Origin: Fibrobacteria bacterium | GTDB lineage: Bacteria > Fibrobacterota > Chitinivibrionia > Chitinivibrionales > FEN-1185 | Assembly (NCBI GenBank): GCA_037447435.1 | Contig: JBBIGR010000014.1 | Location: 37,178 to 101,177, forward strand | Direction: 5' to 3' | DNA length: 64,000 bases | Shown here: one piece after another, positions 41,362 to 51,791 of the stretch | How the letters are laid out: each line of letters starts with the position of its first letter | How positions within the stretch are numbered: position 1 is the first letter of the stretch | The notes under the pieces: model-generated | What the model saw: the letters and a program-made list of their open reading frames with translations, nothing else | What the model was told of the DNA's origin: nothing | Databases searched by the model: none | Program-made: the position numbers and the translations under genes

Positions 41362-42516
41362 ATGAATAAAAATCAAGGCAATATTGCAACTAAGCTTTGT
41401 CAGGTCGGTTTGTGCACAGACGAAAAAACCGGTGCTATCAGCACGCCCATTTACCAAACAGCGACGTTTAGGCATATTGGTCCCGGACAATCTACGGGAT
41501 ACGATTATTCACGCACCTTAAATCCCACTCGAGAAGTGCTTGAAAAAGAAATAGCAGGCCTGGAAAACGGCGATTGCGGTTTTGCTTTTTCATCGGGCAT
41601 GGCGGCAATCGCAGCAGTCGTCGGAATTTTTAAACCCGGCGATACCATCCTGGCTTCGGACGATTTATACGGCGGTACATACCGATTTTTCGAAACATTT
41701 GCCAGGCCTCACGGAATAAAAACGTTATATGTGGATACAACGAAAGACAAAGAAGTTGCCGCCCTTTTTTCAAAAGAGAAAATTGCCGGCATATTCATTG
41801 AAACACCCACAAACCCGATTATGAAAATTACCGATGTAAAAAAAATGGCTGCGCTCGCAAAAAACAACAATGCGATCGTCATTGTCGATAACACGTTCAT
41901 GACGCCGCTGTTGCAACAGCCTATCGGCCTCGGTGCGGATGTGGTGATTCATAGCGGAACAAAATTCCTTGCCGGCCACAACGACACCCTGTGCGGACTT
42001 GTGGTGACAAAATCGCAGAAACTTTCGGAACGGATCGGTTTCATTCAAAATGCTTCGGGCGGCATATTGTCGCCGTTCGATTCCTGGCTTGTTTTGCGCG
42101 GCATCAAAACGCTTTCCGTTCGCCTTGAACGTTCACAGAATAACGCGCAAAAAATCGCAACGTGGCTTTCCCGGCATCCTCATGTTGTCAACACCTACTA
42201 TCCGGGCCTTGTTTCGCATCCCGGAGCCGCGCTCCACAAAAAGCAAGCAAGCGGACCCGGGGCCATCATTTCATTTCGCGTTACCAATGCAAAACGGGCA
42301 CTCTCGATATTACGAAACGTCAAAGTCATATCGTTTGCCGAGAGTCTGGGCGGCGTTGAAACGCTTATAACCCATCCGTCGCGGCAAACGCACACCGACA
42401 TTCCTTTGACAACCCGACAATGCCTCGGCATTTCCGACGATTTGCTCCGGCTGTCGGTAGGCATAGAACACGTTGACGATCTTATCGCAGACCTTAAAAC
42501 CGCTTTGGAGAAATAA
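41362..42516 (+). CDS. Cystathionine gamma-synthase-like PLP enzyme (MetI/MetB type)
   Basis: YDYSRTLNPTR, DLYGGTYR, ETPTNP, HSGTKFLAGHND, FAESLGGVE. Confidence 0.85.
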   Translation: MNKNQGNIATKLCQVGLCTDEKTGAISTPIYQTATFRHIGPGQSTGYDYSRTLNPTREVLEKEIAGLENGDCGFAFSSGMAAIAAVVGIFKPGDTILASDDLYGGTYRFFETFARPHGIKTLYVDTTKDKEVAALFSKEKIAGIFIETPTNPIMKITDVKKMAALAKNNNAIVIVDNTFMTPLLQQPIGLGADVVIHSGTKFLAGHNDTLCGLVVTKSQKLSERIGFIQNASGGILSPFDSWLVLRGIKTLSVRLERSQNNAQKIATWLSRHPHVVNTYYPGLVSHPGAALHKKQASGPGAIISFRVTNAKRALSILRNVKVISFAESLGGVETLITHPSRQTHTDIPLTTRQCLGISDDLLRLSVGIEHVDDLIADLKTALEK

Positions 42517-42519
42517 TTT

Positions 42520-43680
42520 ATGGACATACATAACCCTGTCAATTACGATACGTCTATATTACACGGCGCTGCAGACCGGGACGAAGTAACGGGCGCGCTT
42601 TCCATTCCAATTTATAATGCCTCGACATTTCACCAAAAGGACATTTCCGTTCGTCAGGAATTCGATTACGGCCGTTCGGGAAACCCCACGCGCAAAGCAT
42701 TGGAAGAAACGCTTGCAGGACTTGAAAGCGGGCATAGCGCCTATGCGTTTTCTTCCGGCATGTCGGCCATACACGCCGCAATAACCGCATTTGTAAAGGC
42801 TGGAGACCACATCGTGGTTACCCGGGACATTTACGGAGGTTCGTACCGCTTTCTTACGGGATTTTTGTCCAAATTCGGCGTCACGCATACGTTTGTCGAC
42901 ACCACGGACCCGAAAAATGCTTTAGCAGCCATCCAGCCCAACACGAAAATCCTGTTCCTCGAAAGTCCGTCAAACCCTCTGTTGAAAATCACGGACATAG
43001 TCGCGCATGTAAAAATCGCAAAAGACCACGACCTTGTGTCTATGATAGATAATACTTTTCTGTCGCCGTATTTTTTGCGTCCTCTTGAACTCGGTATTGA
43101 CATAAGTATTCACAGTGCGACAAAATTTTTAGGCGGTCATAGCGATCTGATCGCCGGTGCCGTTATTGCAAAAACGAAAGATTTGGCAAGTTCTGTTCAC
43201 TATGTACAAAACACCTGCGGTGCGGTCCTTTCGCCACAGGATTCCTGGCTTCTTTTACGCGGCATCAAAACGCTTGCTGCCCGCATGACGCATCAGCAAA
43301 AAACAGCCCTTACCGTGGCGGCATGGCTGCAAAAACAGTCATGGGTAAAATCCGTTTTTTTCCCCGGCCTCCAAACCCATCCCGGCCATAATATCCTTAC
43401 CGGTCAAGCACACGGATTCGGCTGCGTACTATCATTTGAAACCGATACCACCGAACGGTTGAACACGCTTGTCAAAAACGTGAAAATCCTTACTGTCGCG
43501 GTCAGCCTGGGCGGGGTCGAAAGCATTTTATCGTTTCCGGCAAAAATGTCGCATGCCGCAATGCCGGCTTCGACCCGGGCCCAACTCGGCATTTCCGACA
43601 CTTTGCTCAGGTTGTCGATTGGCCTTGAAAACGCGGACGATATTATCGCGGATTTGGACAATAGCGCAAAGCCGTCGTAG
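42520..43680 (+). CDS. Cystathionine beta-lyase-like PLP enzyme (MetC type)
   Basis: YGRSGNPTR, ESPSNP, HSATKFLGGHSD, AVSLGGVES; tandem with MetI-like gene as in Bacillus metIC. Confidence 0.82.
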   Translation: MDIHNPVNYDTSILHGAADRDEVTGALSIPIYNASTFHQKDISVRQEFDYGRSGNPTRKALEETLAGLESGHSAYAFSSGMSAIHAAITAFVKAGDHIVVTRDIYGGSYRFLTGFLSKFGVTHTFVDTTDPKNALAAIQPNTKILFLESPSNPLLKITDIVAHVKIAKDHDLVSMIDNTFLSPYFLRPLELGIDISIHSATKFLGGHSDLIAGAVIAKTKDLASSVHYVQNTCGAVLSPQDSWLLLRGIKTLAARMTHQQKTALTVAAWLQKQSWVKSVFFPGLQTHPGHNILTGQAHGFGCVLSFETDTTERLNTLVKNVKILTVAVSLGGVESILSFPAKMSHAAMPASTRAQLGISDTLLRLSIGLENADDIIADLDNSAKPS

Positions 43681-43734
43681 GCGATGAACCGTTCAGGGAA
43701 ATCGGAACAGGCATCCACCTCCTACGAGACATCT

Positions 43735-46014
43735 TTACGGATACGCTGCGAGTCTTGCTATATTTGAATGGCCGTTGCCCGCCACTGCCGACGCCCCGAC
43801 GCCGTTGATGATATGGGTAATGATTCCCACATTACTGCTGAGCCCCACCGTGAGAAGATTATGCATTTTTATTCCCGGTGCGTTGGCTGGAACTTCGAAA
43901 GCATTGTCGACCACGACCCCGTTCGTGTGAATTGCCGCATATGCACCGCCTGCCCAGCATTCATGTGTCGTTACCGGATTACCGACCTTATATGATGCCC
44001 AACCGTTGCCTGATCCGTTTTTCCACGCGGCTTGGTTCGGCATATCGTAGGGAAACTCGCTTTGATATAGGTATGTTCGCCCTAAGTTGCCGTTCCAAAT
44101 TGTTTGATATTCCTGCATATGCTCTACAAACAAACCATAAATGGTTACGTCGTTGCCGTTTACTATGATTCCGTTTGCATTTTTATTTACGGTCCAACTT
44201 GCACCGGTCCCATGATCCGCACGCCATAGCCAAACATGGTCGACGATGACATCGCTGCTGTTTATCGTTACCATACACGACGTCATTCCGCTGAATTCTC
44301 CCCCTGCCCTGCAAAAGATATCCCATACGCAACTTGGGTCGAGGGAATGGCTGGCGGTGCAACCGGTTTCGCCGATAACCACAAGATTTGCCGAATTAAT
44401 TGTTGAAGCATCAACGATAAATCCACCTATTTTCAGACCGTCCACGTCGGCAGCCTCGAGAGCGGGCGTTCCTTTTACAGGACAAAGAGACGGCATACCA
44501 ATGCCGAGGACTATGGTTTGTGGCCTCGTTATCTTGATACTTGCGTCGAGATTGTAGATACCCGGAGTGAACAACAGGTTTTTTCCTTGGTCAAGAGCCG
44601 CGTTGATGGTTGTCGCATTGTCTGTTGATGCGTGTGCGATGTAAAACAAATCAATCGGAACGACCGAGCCCGTAATATTTCCATTTGTCCAGCTCATTCC
44701 CAGAGTACTGTCTTTTTTCAGATCCGGAACCATAACGCTGTAATTGCCGTTATTGTCGACAAATAAAAACGGTTTTTCGCGAATGATAGGCGTTTTGGGG
44801 ATTATGGTATACGGCGGATTGGGCCAAACCCCGGTTGGCGGATTGACATTTCCCACATAGACGAAGTTCCATCCTGTCGAGGACCATTTTCCATACTGGG
44901 AATTTCGTGAAAGCCACTGTTGCTGCCATTGGTTTATGGTACCGTCAATTTTTGAATCCGCAATAAACCCGCCGCTGCCCGAACCGCCTGAGGCCGAAAT
45001 GTCGAGGTTCCCCTTGACATGCATGCGGCGGTACGGTGCTGCCTGCGAAACGGCCCACCGTGTTGTTCCCGAAGCAGGAACAATGCACATTCCCGCTGCC
45101 GATCTCCAGAAATTGCATGTCCCGTTCCCACCCATCCAATCCGACTCTGCATGAACCGATCCGTTCACCACGACGCTGTCGGGAGATAATCCCAAACCAA
45201 GCACCTCCGTGTAGAATCCTACGTTGATATCCAAATTGCTATAAGTACCGGGTTTGAGAAGAATCGCGTAGCGGGCAGATCCGAATTGATTCGCCTCCTG
45301 CTGTGTAAATATCTTTGTTGCTTGGCTTTGCATAGTGGCTACCGGTGTCGCCGGATCGAATATGTACGTGTTAGGACCGAAATCGGGTGCAACCGGGCTT
45401 GACATAGTAATATTAATAACCCCGGTAGTCGAAGCCAGTCTTTCGACATGAGACGCATACCCCGGTTTTGCGGCCTGCAACCAGTCGGTCCCTGTCGTTT
45501 TCGCAAGTCCTTGGGTCTGAGTAGTTGATAATTCAGTAATACGGTAATTGCTGGATGCTAGCGGAAAAACCCGATATGCCGATGTTCGATCGCCGGTTTT
45601 CACGCTTAAAAGATACAAGGCTTTGCCATAATTATCGAGCCGGCAGGGCATCGAGGTGATGCCCGCATTCAACATACCGGTAAACAAGGTCGAAACGCAG
45701 CGCCCATCCGTCGTGAAAAGCTTTACCGAAGCATAATGCCTCGAAGCGGCTTTAAAAAAGAATTGATTGTTTTGAAATGAAATTCCGTTTAAACTTTTAC
45801 TCTCTTTGTTTGGTAAAACCGAACCGGTTCCAATTCCTGCAAGGGAATAAAGCCCATCATCTTTTGTAGTATCTTTTATCTGGGCAGCCATTAATTGGAC
45901 AATTACACCGGAAAGGGGTTGCCCGCTTGCGTTGGTTACTTTACCCGAAATTGAAACGGTTTGCGCGTTTCCGGATAATGCGCAAAGCATCATCATAATC
46001 AACGCCTTTTTCAT
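43735..46014 (-). CDS. Secreted GH55-like beta-1,3-glucanase with N-terminal accessory domains
   Basis: ATG 46014 (AAGGAG); PDFGPN, NFWRS, WAVSQAAPYRRMH, WLWRADH, YQSEFPYD motifs of actinobacterial-type GH55. Confidence 0.8.
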   Translation of the reverse strand: MKKALIMMMLCALSGNAQTVSISGKVTNASGQPLSGVIVQLMAAQIKDTTKDDGLYSLAGIGTGSVLPNKESKSLNGISFQNNQFFFKAASRHYASVKLFTTDGRCVSTLFTGMLNAGITSMPCRLDNYGKALYLLSVKTGDRTSAYRVFPLASSNYRITELSTTQTQGLAKTTGTDWLQAAKPGYASHVERLASTTGVINITMSSPVAPDFGPNTYIFDPATPVATMQSQATKIFTQQEANQFGSARYAILLKPGTYSNLDINVGFYTEVLGLGLSPDSVVVNGSVHAESDWMGGNGTCNFWRSAAGMCIVPASGTTRWAVSQAAPYRRMHVKGNLDISASGGSGSGGFIADSKIDGTINQWQQQWLSRNSQYGKWSSTGWNFVYVGNVNPPTGVWPNPPYTIIPKTPIIREKPFLFVDNNGNYSVMVPDLKKDSTLGMSWTNGNITGSVVPIDLFYIAHASTDNATTINAALDQGKNLLFTPGIYNLDASIKITRPQTIVLGIGMPSLCPVKGTPALEAADVDGLKIGGFIVDASTINSANLVVIGETGCTASHSLDPSCVWDIFCRAGGEFSGMTSCMVTINSSDVIVDHVWLWRADHGTGASWTVNKNANGIIVNGNDVTIYGLFVEHMQEYQTIWNGNLGRTYLYQSEFPYDMPNQAAWKNGSGNGWASYKVGNPVTTHECWAGGAYAAIHTNGVVVDNAFEVPANAPGIKMHNLLTVGLSSNVGIITHIINGVGASAVAGNGHSNIARLAAYP

Positions 46015-46120
46015 GGGCCGCTCCTTATTTATGTTAATCACTTGTAATTTTAACGATTAAGCAGGATGAAACCGACAGATCCATCTGTACCAATATATGG
46101 CTAATATATAGAATGGGCTA

Positions 46121-46149
46121 TTGACTCCACCATCTTTTTTATGTACAAT
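46121..46149 (+). promoter_or_regulatory. Sigma70-type promoter for thioredoxin
   Basis: TTGACT-N17-TACAAT. Confidence 0.6.
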
Positions 46150-46269
46150 ACACACAAGATACATACTCTGTACTTATTTTTTTCAGGCGAGGTACCGAAC
46201 TTTTTCGTTAAATTTTAATTGTCTTGCTTCGGCCCGATATTTGCGGTTTAATTTAACGGAGGTGTGAAA

Positions 46270-46578
46270 ATGGCAAATACTAAAAGTTTCCAGGAATTCA
46301 TAGAAACCCACGAGAAACCGATTCTTGCGGATTTTTGGGCCAGTTGGTGCGGCCCTTGTAAGATGATGGCGCCTATTCTTGCAACGCTTGCTAAAGAATG
46401 GAAGGAGCGTTTGACTATTATAAAAGTGGATACGGAAGCAAAACCCTTTCTTTCGCAGCAATATGCGATTGCTTCCATACCTACCATGATCCTTTTTAAA
46501 AACGGGAAAGAATTGCATAGGATAAGCGGGGCAATTCCTCTTGTTAACCTTAAGGCAATATTAAGCGAGTTTGTTTAG
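46270..46578 (+). CDS. trxA: Thioredoxin
   Basis: DFWASWCGPCK, SIPT; GGAGG RBS. Confidence 0.95.
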   Translation: MANTKSFQEFIETHEKPILADFWASWCGPCKMMAPILATLAKEWKERLTIIKVDTEAKPFLSQQYAIASIPTMILFKNGKELHRISGAIPLVNLKAILSEFV

Positions 46579-46608
46579 AATTTTTTGCCATGTTTATCGA
46601 CACTGGAA

Positions 46609-47331
46609 TCATTTTTTTTCGGGTGAACCACAATTGGTTTTAATGCCTCGGAGAACTGAGTTTTTTCCGCCAAATCCGGGCACGCGCTCGACCGTGAATC
46701 CCGCAGAAGAAAGTGCCCGCCTCACCGCTCCGGCAACGGTATACGTGGCACAAGTGCCGTGCAACACGGTCTTTTCTCCAATTGCGGATAAAAGTTCGGG
46801 GCTCCAAATTGTAGGATTTTTTTTAGGGCCATGACCATCGAGAAACCAGGCGTCACACGGTTTAGAGAGCGCATTAACCATTTCAAGCGCTTCACCGATC
46901 CAAAGATTGAGGGAAATAGTGCCAAAACCTCCTTCAAAATACAGCGCATGCCACCCTGGTTTTGAAATGTCAATGTGATCGTATGAATTTACAAGTAAGT
47001 TTATCAGCGGACCAACTCGAGGTTTGAAACTTTCGAGTATGGCAGCCATTCGTTCCGAAGTAATTGGATGTAATTCAACGGAATTATAACAAATGGTCTG
47101 CCCTATAATTTTGTTTTGCTCTAAAAAATCCATAAGAGAAATAAGCACTCGCCCGGCGCCAAAACCGGTTTCGCCGATCTTAAATTCGTTGTCCGATTTA
47201 GAAGCATTAGACAACGAATTGAGGATATTACATCCGTTGAAATAAATCTGCTTTGCTTCTTCCAATGCATTCACGACATCGAAATATCGATCGTCATAAA
47301 ACTCATTGACAAGATATGGGGGGATATTCAT
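46609..47331 (-). CDS. mnmD: Stand-alone MnmC methyltransferase domain (MnmD-like)
   Basis: ETGFGAG SAM motif, DAWFLDG..PKKNP.IWS, ATYTVAGAVRRAL. Confidence 0.85.
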   Translation of the reverse strand: MNIPPYLVNEFYDDRYFDVVNALEEAKQIYFNGCNILNSLSNASKSDNEFKIGETGFGAGRVLISLMDFLEQNKIIGQTICYNSVELHPITSERMAAILESFKPRVGPLINLLVNSYDHIDISKPGWHALYFEGGFGTISLNLWIGEALEMVNALSKPCDAWFLDGHGPKKNPTIWSPELLSAIGEKTVLHGTCATYTVAGAVRRALSSAGFTVERVPGFGGKNSVLRGIKTNCGSPEKK

Positions 47332-47368
47332 GAGTAATAATTTATATAAAGCTGCTTAATAATTCCAT

Positions 47369-47414
47369 TTGACTTTATTTCCAAGACCTGTTATATTTAT
47401 GAATAATGATTCAT
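47369..47414 (+). promoter_or_regulatory. Promoter plus TetR operator
   Basis: TTGACT-N17-TATATT with extended -10 TG, followed by ATGAAT-aatg-ATTCAT (47399-47414). Confidence 0.75.
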
Positions 47415-47435
47415 TAATAGCTTAAGGATAGAATC

Positions 47436-48026
47436 ATGCGTACTAAAGAAGGTAACAAAGAAAAGGCGATAATCGATGCGGCAATCAGCGTCTTTGCCGG
47501 TGTCGGGTATTTTGATGCAAAGATTCACCGAATCGCCGACAAAGCAGATGTGGCCACCGGAACCGTGTACCTCTATTTCGGTAATAAAGAGAAAATACTT
47601 TTAAAAATATTCGATTCGGTATGGAGTGAGTTATTCACTATTATGGAGCGAAATTACAAGCGTCACGATATAAATTCGGTTGAAAAATTCAATGGCGCCA
47701 TTGACGCGATTTTCGACTATTTCACCTCAAATCCGTCCTTGGCTCTGGTTTTTGTCAACGAACAAAACCATATTGCATCAAAAAGTCATCATTTTACATC
47801 GTATTATGAAAAAACACTGGCCATAATAGATTCGGTTTTTGAGGAAGGCGTCAAAACCGGGTTGTTCAATGAAAACGTCACCACCCCCATTTTCAGTTCG
47901 TTTTTCTTCGGCGGCATGCGGTTTCTTCTTCATCAATGGGCGTATCATAAAAACAAATTTGCACTGAGCGATATCCGGCAAAACGCAAAACTGATTATGC
48001 TCCACGGTGTTGCCAAAACGCGGTAA
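47436..48026 (+). CDS. TetR/AcrR family regulator
   Basis: IADKADVATGTVYLYFGNKEKIL HTH. Confidence 0.93.
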   Translation: MRTKEGNKEKAIIDAAISVFAGVGYFDAKIHRIADKADVATGTVYLYFGNKEKILLKIFDSVWSELFTIMERNYKRHDINSVEKFNGAIDAIFDYFTSNPSLALVFVNEQNHIASKSHHFTSYYEKTLAIIDSVFEEGVKTGLFNENVTTPIFSSFFFGGMRFLLHQWAYHKNKFALSDIRQNAKLIMLHGVAKTR

Positions 48027-48073
48027 TATGTGATTTAATTATTTGATGAAATGTAGGCCTTAAGGACATTTTT

Positions 48074-49600
48074 ATGAAACATGATTCATTTATTATTAAA
48101 GGGTTTCTTATGATAACTTCCCAATCGAAGTACAATGCGGCTCGAGCAATGTTTGCGGTTGTAATTTCAATTGTTTCCGATCTTTTAGCCCAGAATTTGT
48201 CTATTGACCAGGCAATCGATATCGCGATGAAAAACAACGACAAAATCCTGCAATATCAACAAAGAGACCTGCAACGCTCCTATGACACAAAAAACGCCCA
48301 GGGGTCTTTTTTCCCGTCTATTACGCTTTCCGGTTCCTATAATTATATGAATGATCCGCTCACTATGGACCTTGATCCTATTCGCGATGTGGTTTTGCAA
48401 ACTCAAACCCTAACACAAGTAAATTTCGCGAGTATTGCGTCTCAAATGAAAGGCGGAACCGCAATAGCCGATCCTGCATCGCCGGTCTATCAGGCCGTAT
48501 ACCAAAAGGCATATTCCGCTCTTGACAATCAAATTCCCCATTTCATAGACACGCTAAAAAAACAACAATATCCATCGGCTGCGATTACCGCCATAGTACC
48601 GGTGTTCACCGGCGGAAGAATAATTGCAGCATCACGAGCCGCACAGGCCGACAAAAAAGCAGCGGACTTTGAATTATGTAAAATCAAAAATGAAGTGCTG
48701 CAGGAAACGGTCAACAACTATCTGTCGGTAGCGCTTTTGAAAAAAGTCGTTACCGTGCGAGCCGAGGTTCTTGCCGGCATGGAACAGCATAAACGAAATG
48801 CGGAAAAACTCGCCGACCAAGGCATTATTGCCAAATATCACTTACTCCGTGCTCTGGTTGCCGTTTCCGATGCGCAAAGAAATATTGACGACGACAAATC
48901 CAAACTTTCCATGGCCTATCTTGCACTTAAAAAAAGCCTCAACATCCCGTTTACAAAAGACGTAGATGTCGCCGATACGCTCACCTATTTCCCTTTTAAC
49001 GATTCGCTCGAAAATTTTCTGCACTATGCGTCGTCGCATCAACCGGTTTTCTCCATGCTCAAGGAAAAGCGCCAAATGGCGCATCAAAAGGTTGTCGCGC
49101 AACGAGGCGCAATGCTGCCGCAGGTTGCGCTGTACGGCAAGGCGGAACTTTTCACCGAGTATCTTTCCGCTTTAGAACCGCCATGGATCGTCGGCGTCAG
49201 CGCGTCGCTGCCTATTTTTACAGGCGGTAAAAACGTGACTTCGTATCAAAGCGCAAAGCATCTCGAAACGGAAACCGCCATTATAGACAATGCCGTTCAC
49301 AACGACATCGAGCTCTGGATAAACAAAGCGTATCACGATTTGCGCACCGCTCAACTGCGTTATGCGAATTTAAACGCCGACCAAAACCTTGCAAATGAGA
49401 ACTTGCGACAGTGCCAAAGCCGGTTCGAAAACGGATACGGCACTTCGCTTGAAGTAATCGATGCGCAACTTGTGGTTGAAAAAAACCGTATCGACAGGCT
49501 CGTTTCACTCTACGATTATTGCAAGGCAATTAACGAATTATATACCGCTTCGGGCAAATCCGATGCGGTAGTCGCATTTTTGCATGGAAAAGGAGATTAG
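48074..49600 (+). CDS. TolC-family outer membrane efflux protein
   Basis: Two OEP repeats (FFPSITLSGSY / PVFTGG; MLPQVALYG / LPIFTGG), GTSLEVIDAQ. Confidence 0.9.
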   Translation: MKHDSFIIKGFLMITSQSKYNAARAMFAVVISIVSDLLAQNLSIDQAIDIAMKNNDKILQYQQRDLQRSYDTKNAQGSFFPSITLSGSYNYMNDPLTMDLDPIRDVVLQTQTLTQVNFASIASQMKGGTAIADPASPVYQAVYQKAYSALDNQIPHFIDTLKKQQYPSAAITAIVPVFTGGRIIAASRAAQADKKAADFELCKIKNEVLQETVNNYLSVALLKKVVTVRAEVLAGMEQHKRNAEKLADQGIIAKYHLLRALVAVSDAQRNIDDDKSKLSMAYLALKKSLNIPFTKDVDVADTLTYFPFNDSLENFLHYASSHQPVFSMLKEKRQMAHQKVVAQRGAMLPQVALYGKAELFTEYLSALEPPWIVGVSASLPIFTGGKNVTSYQSAKHLETETAIIDNAVHNDIELWINKAYHDLRTAQLRYANLNADQNLANENLRQCQSRFENGYGTSLEVIDAQLVVEKNRIDRLVSLYDYCKAINELYTASGKSDAVVAFLHGKGD

Positions 49601-49601
49601 C

Positions 49602-50582
49602 ATGAAGATTTCACCAATAGCAGCGATCATCGCCGCTCCGGTTCTCATTGCCGCCTGTGCCATAGGCTTTATTGTCGTACGGCATGCTTATCGCGACAAA
49701 CCGTTTGTCAGCGGGACCGTCGAGATAACCCATATCGACGTTGCTTCCAAAATCGCCGGACGAATCGATTCCCTGACCGTTCACGAAGGCGATTATGTTC
49801 GCAAAGGCCAACTGCTCGGCTCACTTGAAAGCAAAGAAATGAGCGCCAAAGTCGAACAGGCCCGGGGAGCGATGGACGCGGTTGGCGCAAAAATGACTAT
49901 GGCGAAAAACGGTCTGCGTCCACAGGAACGCGAAGCGGCATTGAACCAGTATATGCAAGCGAAAGCGCAATTCGATCTGTTGGAGAAAACCTTCAAGCGG
50001 ATACAAAAACTTCATTCCGACAGTGTGGTCTCGGCCCAGGAGCACGATCAGGTCGAAGCGCAATTTACTGCTGCGAAAGAACAAATGGAAGCGGCAAAGT
50101 CCAAATGGGAAATGGCCCAGGAGGGCACTCGTGCCGAAGACCGGCTTGCCGCTCAGTCGCTCTATTATCAAGCGCAAAGCGCCTTTCGCGAAGCTTTTGC
50201 ATATGCGCAAGAACTAAGTCTGAAGAGCCCGGTAACCGGGGAAATTGAAAAAGTAATATCACATCCCGGCGAAATCATTGCCGCCGGATATCCGATTGTA
50301 ACGGTCTTAGACACTTCGGATGTATGGGTCGTCCTGCAAATCAAAGAAAATTCGATGAAACAATTTCGGAAAGGGACCCTACTCGACGGTTTTGTTCCGG
50401 CATTGGGAAATGAAAAGCACAGTTTTATAATCACGTTTATTTCTCCAATGGCAGATTTCGCGACCTGGCGGCCGACGAATCAAAAAGGCGAATTCGACGT
50501 TCGCACGCTTGAAATTCATGCAAGACCGACGCAGCAAGTTCCGAATTTGCGCGCCGGTATGACCGTAAATTTTGCATTGTAA
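49602..50582 (+). CDS. HlyD-family membrane fusion protein (YbhG-like)
   Basis: VASKIAGRI..VHEGDYVRKGQ, coiled coil, ADFATWR, LRAGM. Confidence 0.92.
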   Translation: MKISPIAAIIAAPVLIAACAIGFIVVRHAYRDKPFVSGTVEITHIDVASKIAGRIDSLTVHEGDYVRKGQLLGSLESKEMSAKVEQARGAMDAVGAKMTMAKNGLRPQEREAALNQYMQAKAQFDLLEKTFKRIQKLHSDSVVSAQEHDQVEAQFTAAKEQMEAAKSKWEMAQEGTRAEDRLAAQSLYYQAQSAFREAFAYAQELSLKSPVTGEIEKVISHPGEIIAAGYPIVTVLDTSDVWVVLQIKENSMKQFRKGTLLDGFVPALGNEKHSFIITFISPMADFATWRPTNQKGEFDVRTLEIHARPTQQVPNLRAGMTVNFAL

Positions 50583-50606
50583 ATTTTATCGCAGGATTTT
50601 TATTAT

Positions 50607-51791
50607 ATGCAAACATCAAGTTTTTCTTCACTTTGGCGGGTTTTAATCCGCGAATACCGGCGTTTTAGCAAAGACCGCGTTTTGCTGATGCTCTTATTCG
50701 GTATTCCGGTCGTATTGTTCACGATGTTTTGCAGTATTTATAATAAAGGACTTGTCCGGGCGCTTCCGGTCGCAATCTGCGACTGCGACAACAGCGAAAC
50801 AAGCCGGCTGCTGGTTCGCGCAATTCAATCGTCGAGCACCATGCGCGTCACCGCATCGCTTGCAAATGGTGCCGAGCTCGAACGAGACATCAAGCAGGGA
50901 AAATTTGCCGGCGCTTTTTATTTTCCGTCGGGAATGGAGCAAGATCTTAAACGCGGCCATTCGGTTCATCCCGTTGTTTACAAAAACTCGCAAAACATCC
51001 TGATCGGTAATTACATCTACAAAGAAAGCCAATCAATTTTCCGCACGTTTAATGCCGGTGTTATTTTGAAGAAATTTAAAAAAGCCGGACTATCGACGCC
51101 GCAGGCTATTGCACTCGTAAATCCGGTCACAACCGACGTTTGCGTTCTGTACAATCCGAATTTCAATTACACGCAATACATGTGTCCGGGGCTTATTTTT
51201 GCCCAATTCCAAATCATTGTCATGCTCTGCGGGCTGCTCATCATAGCCCACGAACGGGAACAAAACACTTTACAATTAGCTCTTGACAATGCGGGAGGTC
51301 GGATAGGAATTCTTCTGTTGGGAAAGGCCCTACCGTACATTTCGGCATTTTGCGCCGTTTCGTTGGGCATTCTCGGCATACTGTTTCCGGTGTTCGACAT
51401 TAAAATTTCGGGAAGTTTCACTCAAACACTTGCGCTGGTTTTATTATTCGTATTTGCCTCGTTTGCTCCGGGCCTTATGCTCGGTTGTCTGGTGAAAGAC
51501 CCTATCGTGGGAACTCAAGTGGCCATTTTCATTAATTTTCCCGCATTCATTTTTAGCGGCTATACATTCCCCTCGGGGGCATTTCCCAACGCATTTGCGC
51601 TCATTGCGCAAGTAATGCCGTTCACTCATTTTTCCAATGCGTTTTTTAAAATTTCTCTGGCTCACGCTCCATTGCAATATGCGACCCATGAAATCGGCAC
51701 ATTGCTCGGTTTCGTTTTTATTTCCCTTATTCTTACGTGGCCGTTTATAGCGATGCAAACGACTCGAAGCAATGCAAAGGCCGCTGTATGA
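50607..51791 (+). CDS. ABC-2 type transporter permease
   Basis: LPVAICDCDNSETSR, YNPNFNY, ERE...GKALP, FSGYTFP. Confidence 0.9.
   Translation: MQTSSFSSLWRVLIREYRRFSKDRVLLMLLFGIPVVLFTMFCSIYNKGLVRALPVAICDCDNSETSRLLVRAIQSSSTMRVTASLANGAELERDIKQGKFAGAFYFPSGMEQDLKRGHSVHPVVYKNSQNILIGNYIYKESQSIFRTFNAGVILKKFKKAGLSTPQAIALVNPVTTDVCVLYNPNFNYTQYMCPGLIFAQFQIIVMLCGLLIIAHEREQNTLQLALDNAGGRIGILLLGKALPYISAFCAVSLGILGILFPVFDIKISGSFTQTLALVLLFVFASFAPGLMLGCLVKDPIVGTQVAIFINFPAFIFSGYTFPSGAFPNAFALIAQVMPFTHFSNAFFKISLAHAPLQYATHEIGTLLGFVFISLILTWPFIAMQTTRSNAKAAV

Noticed and set aside
46209..46240. TAAA...CCCGATAT upstream of trxA
   Set aside because: The spacer is 20 nt, too long for sigma28; a sigma70-type promoter is present instead.
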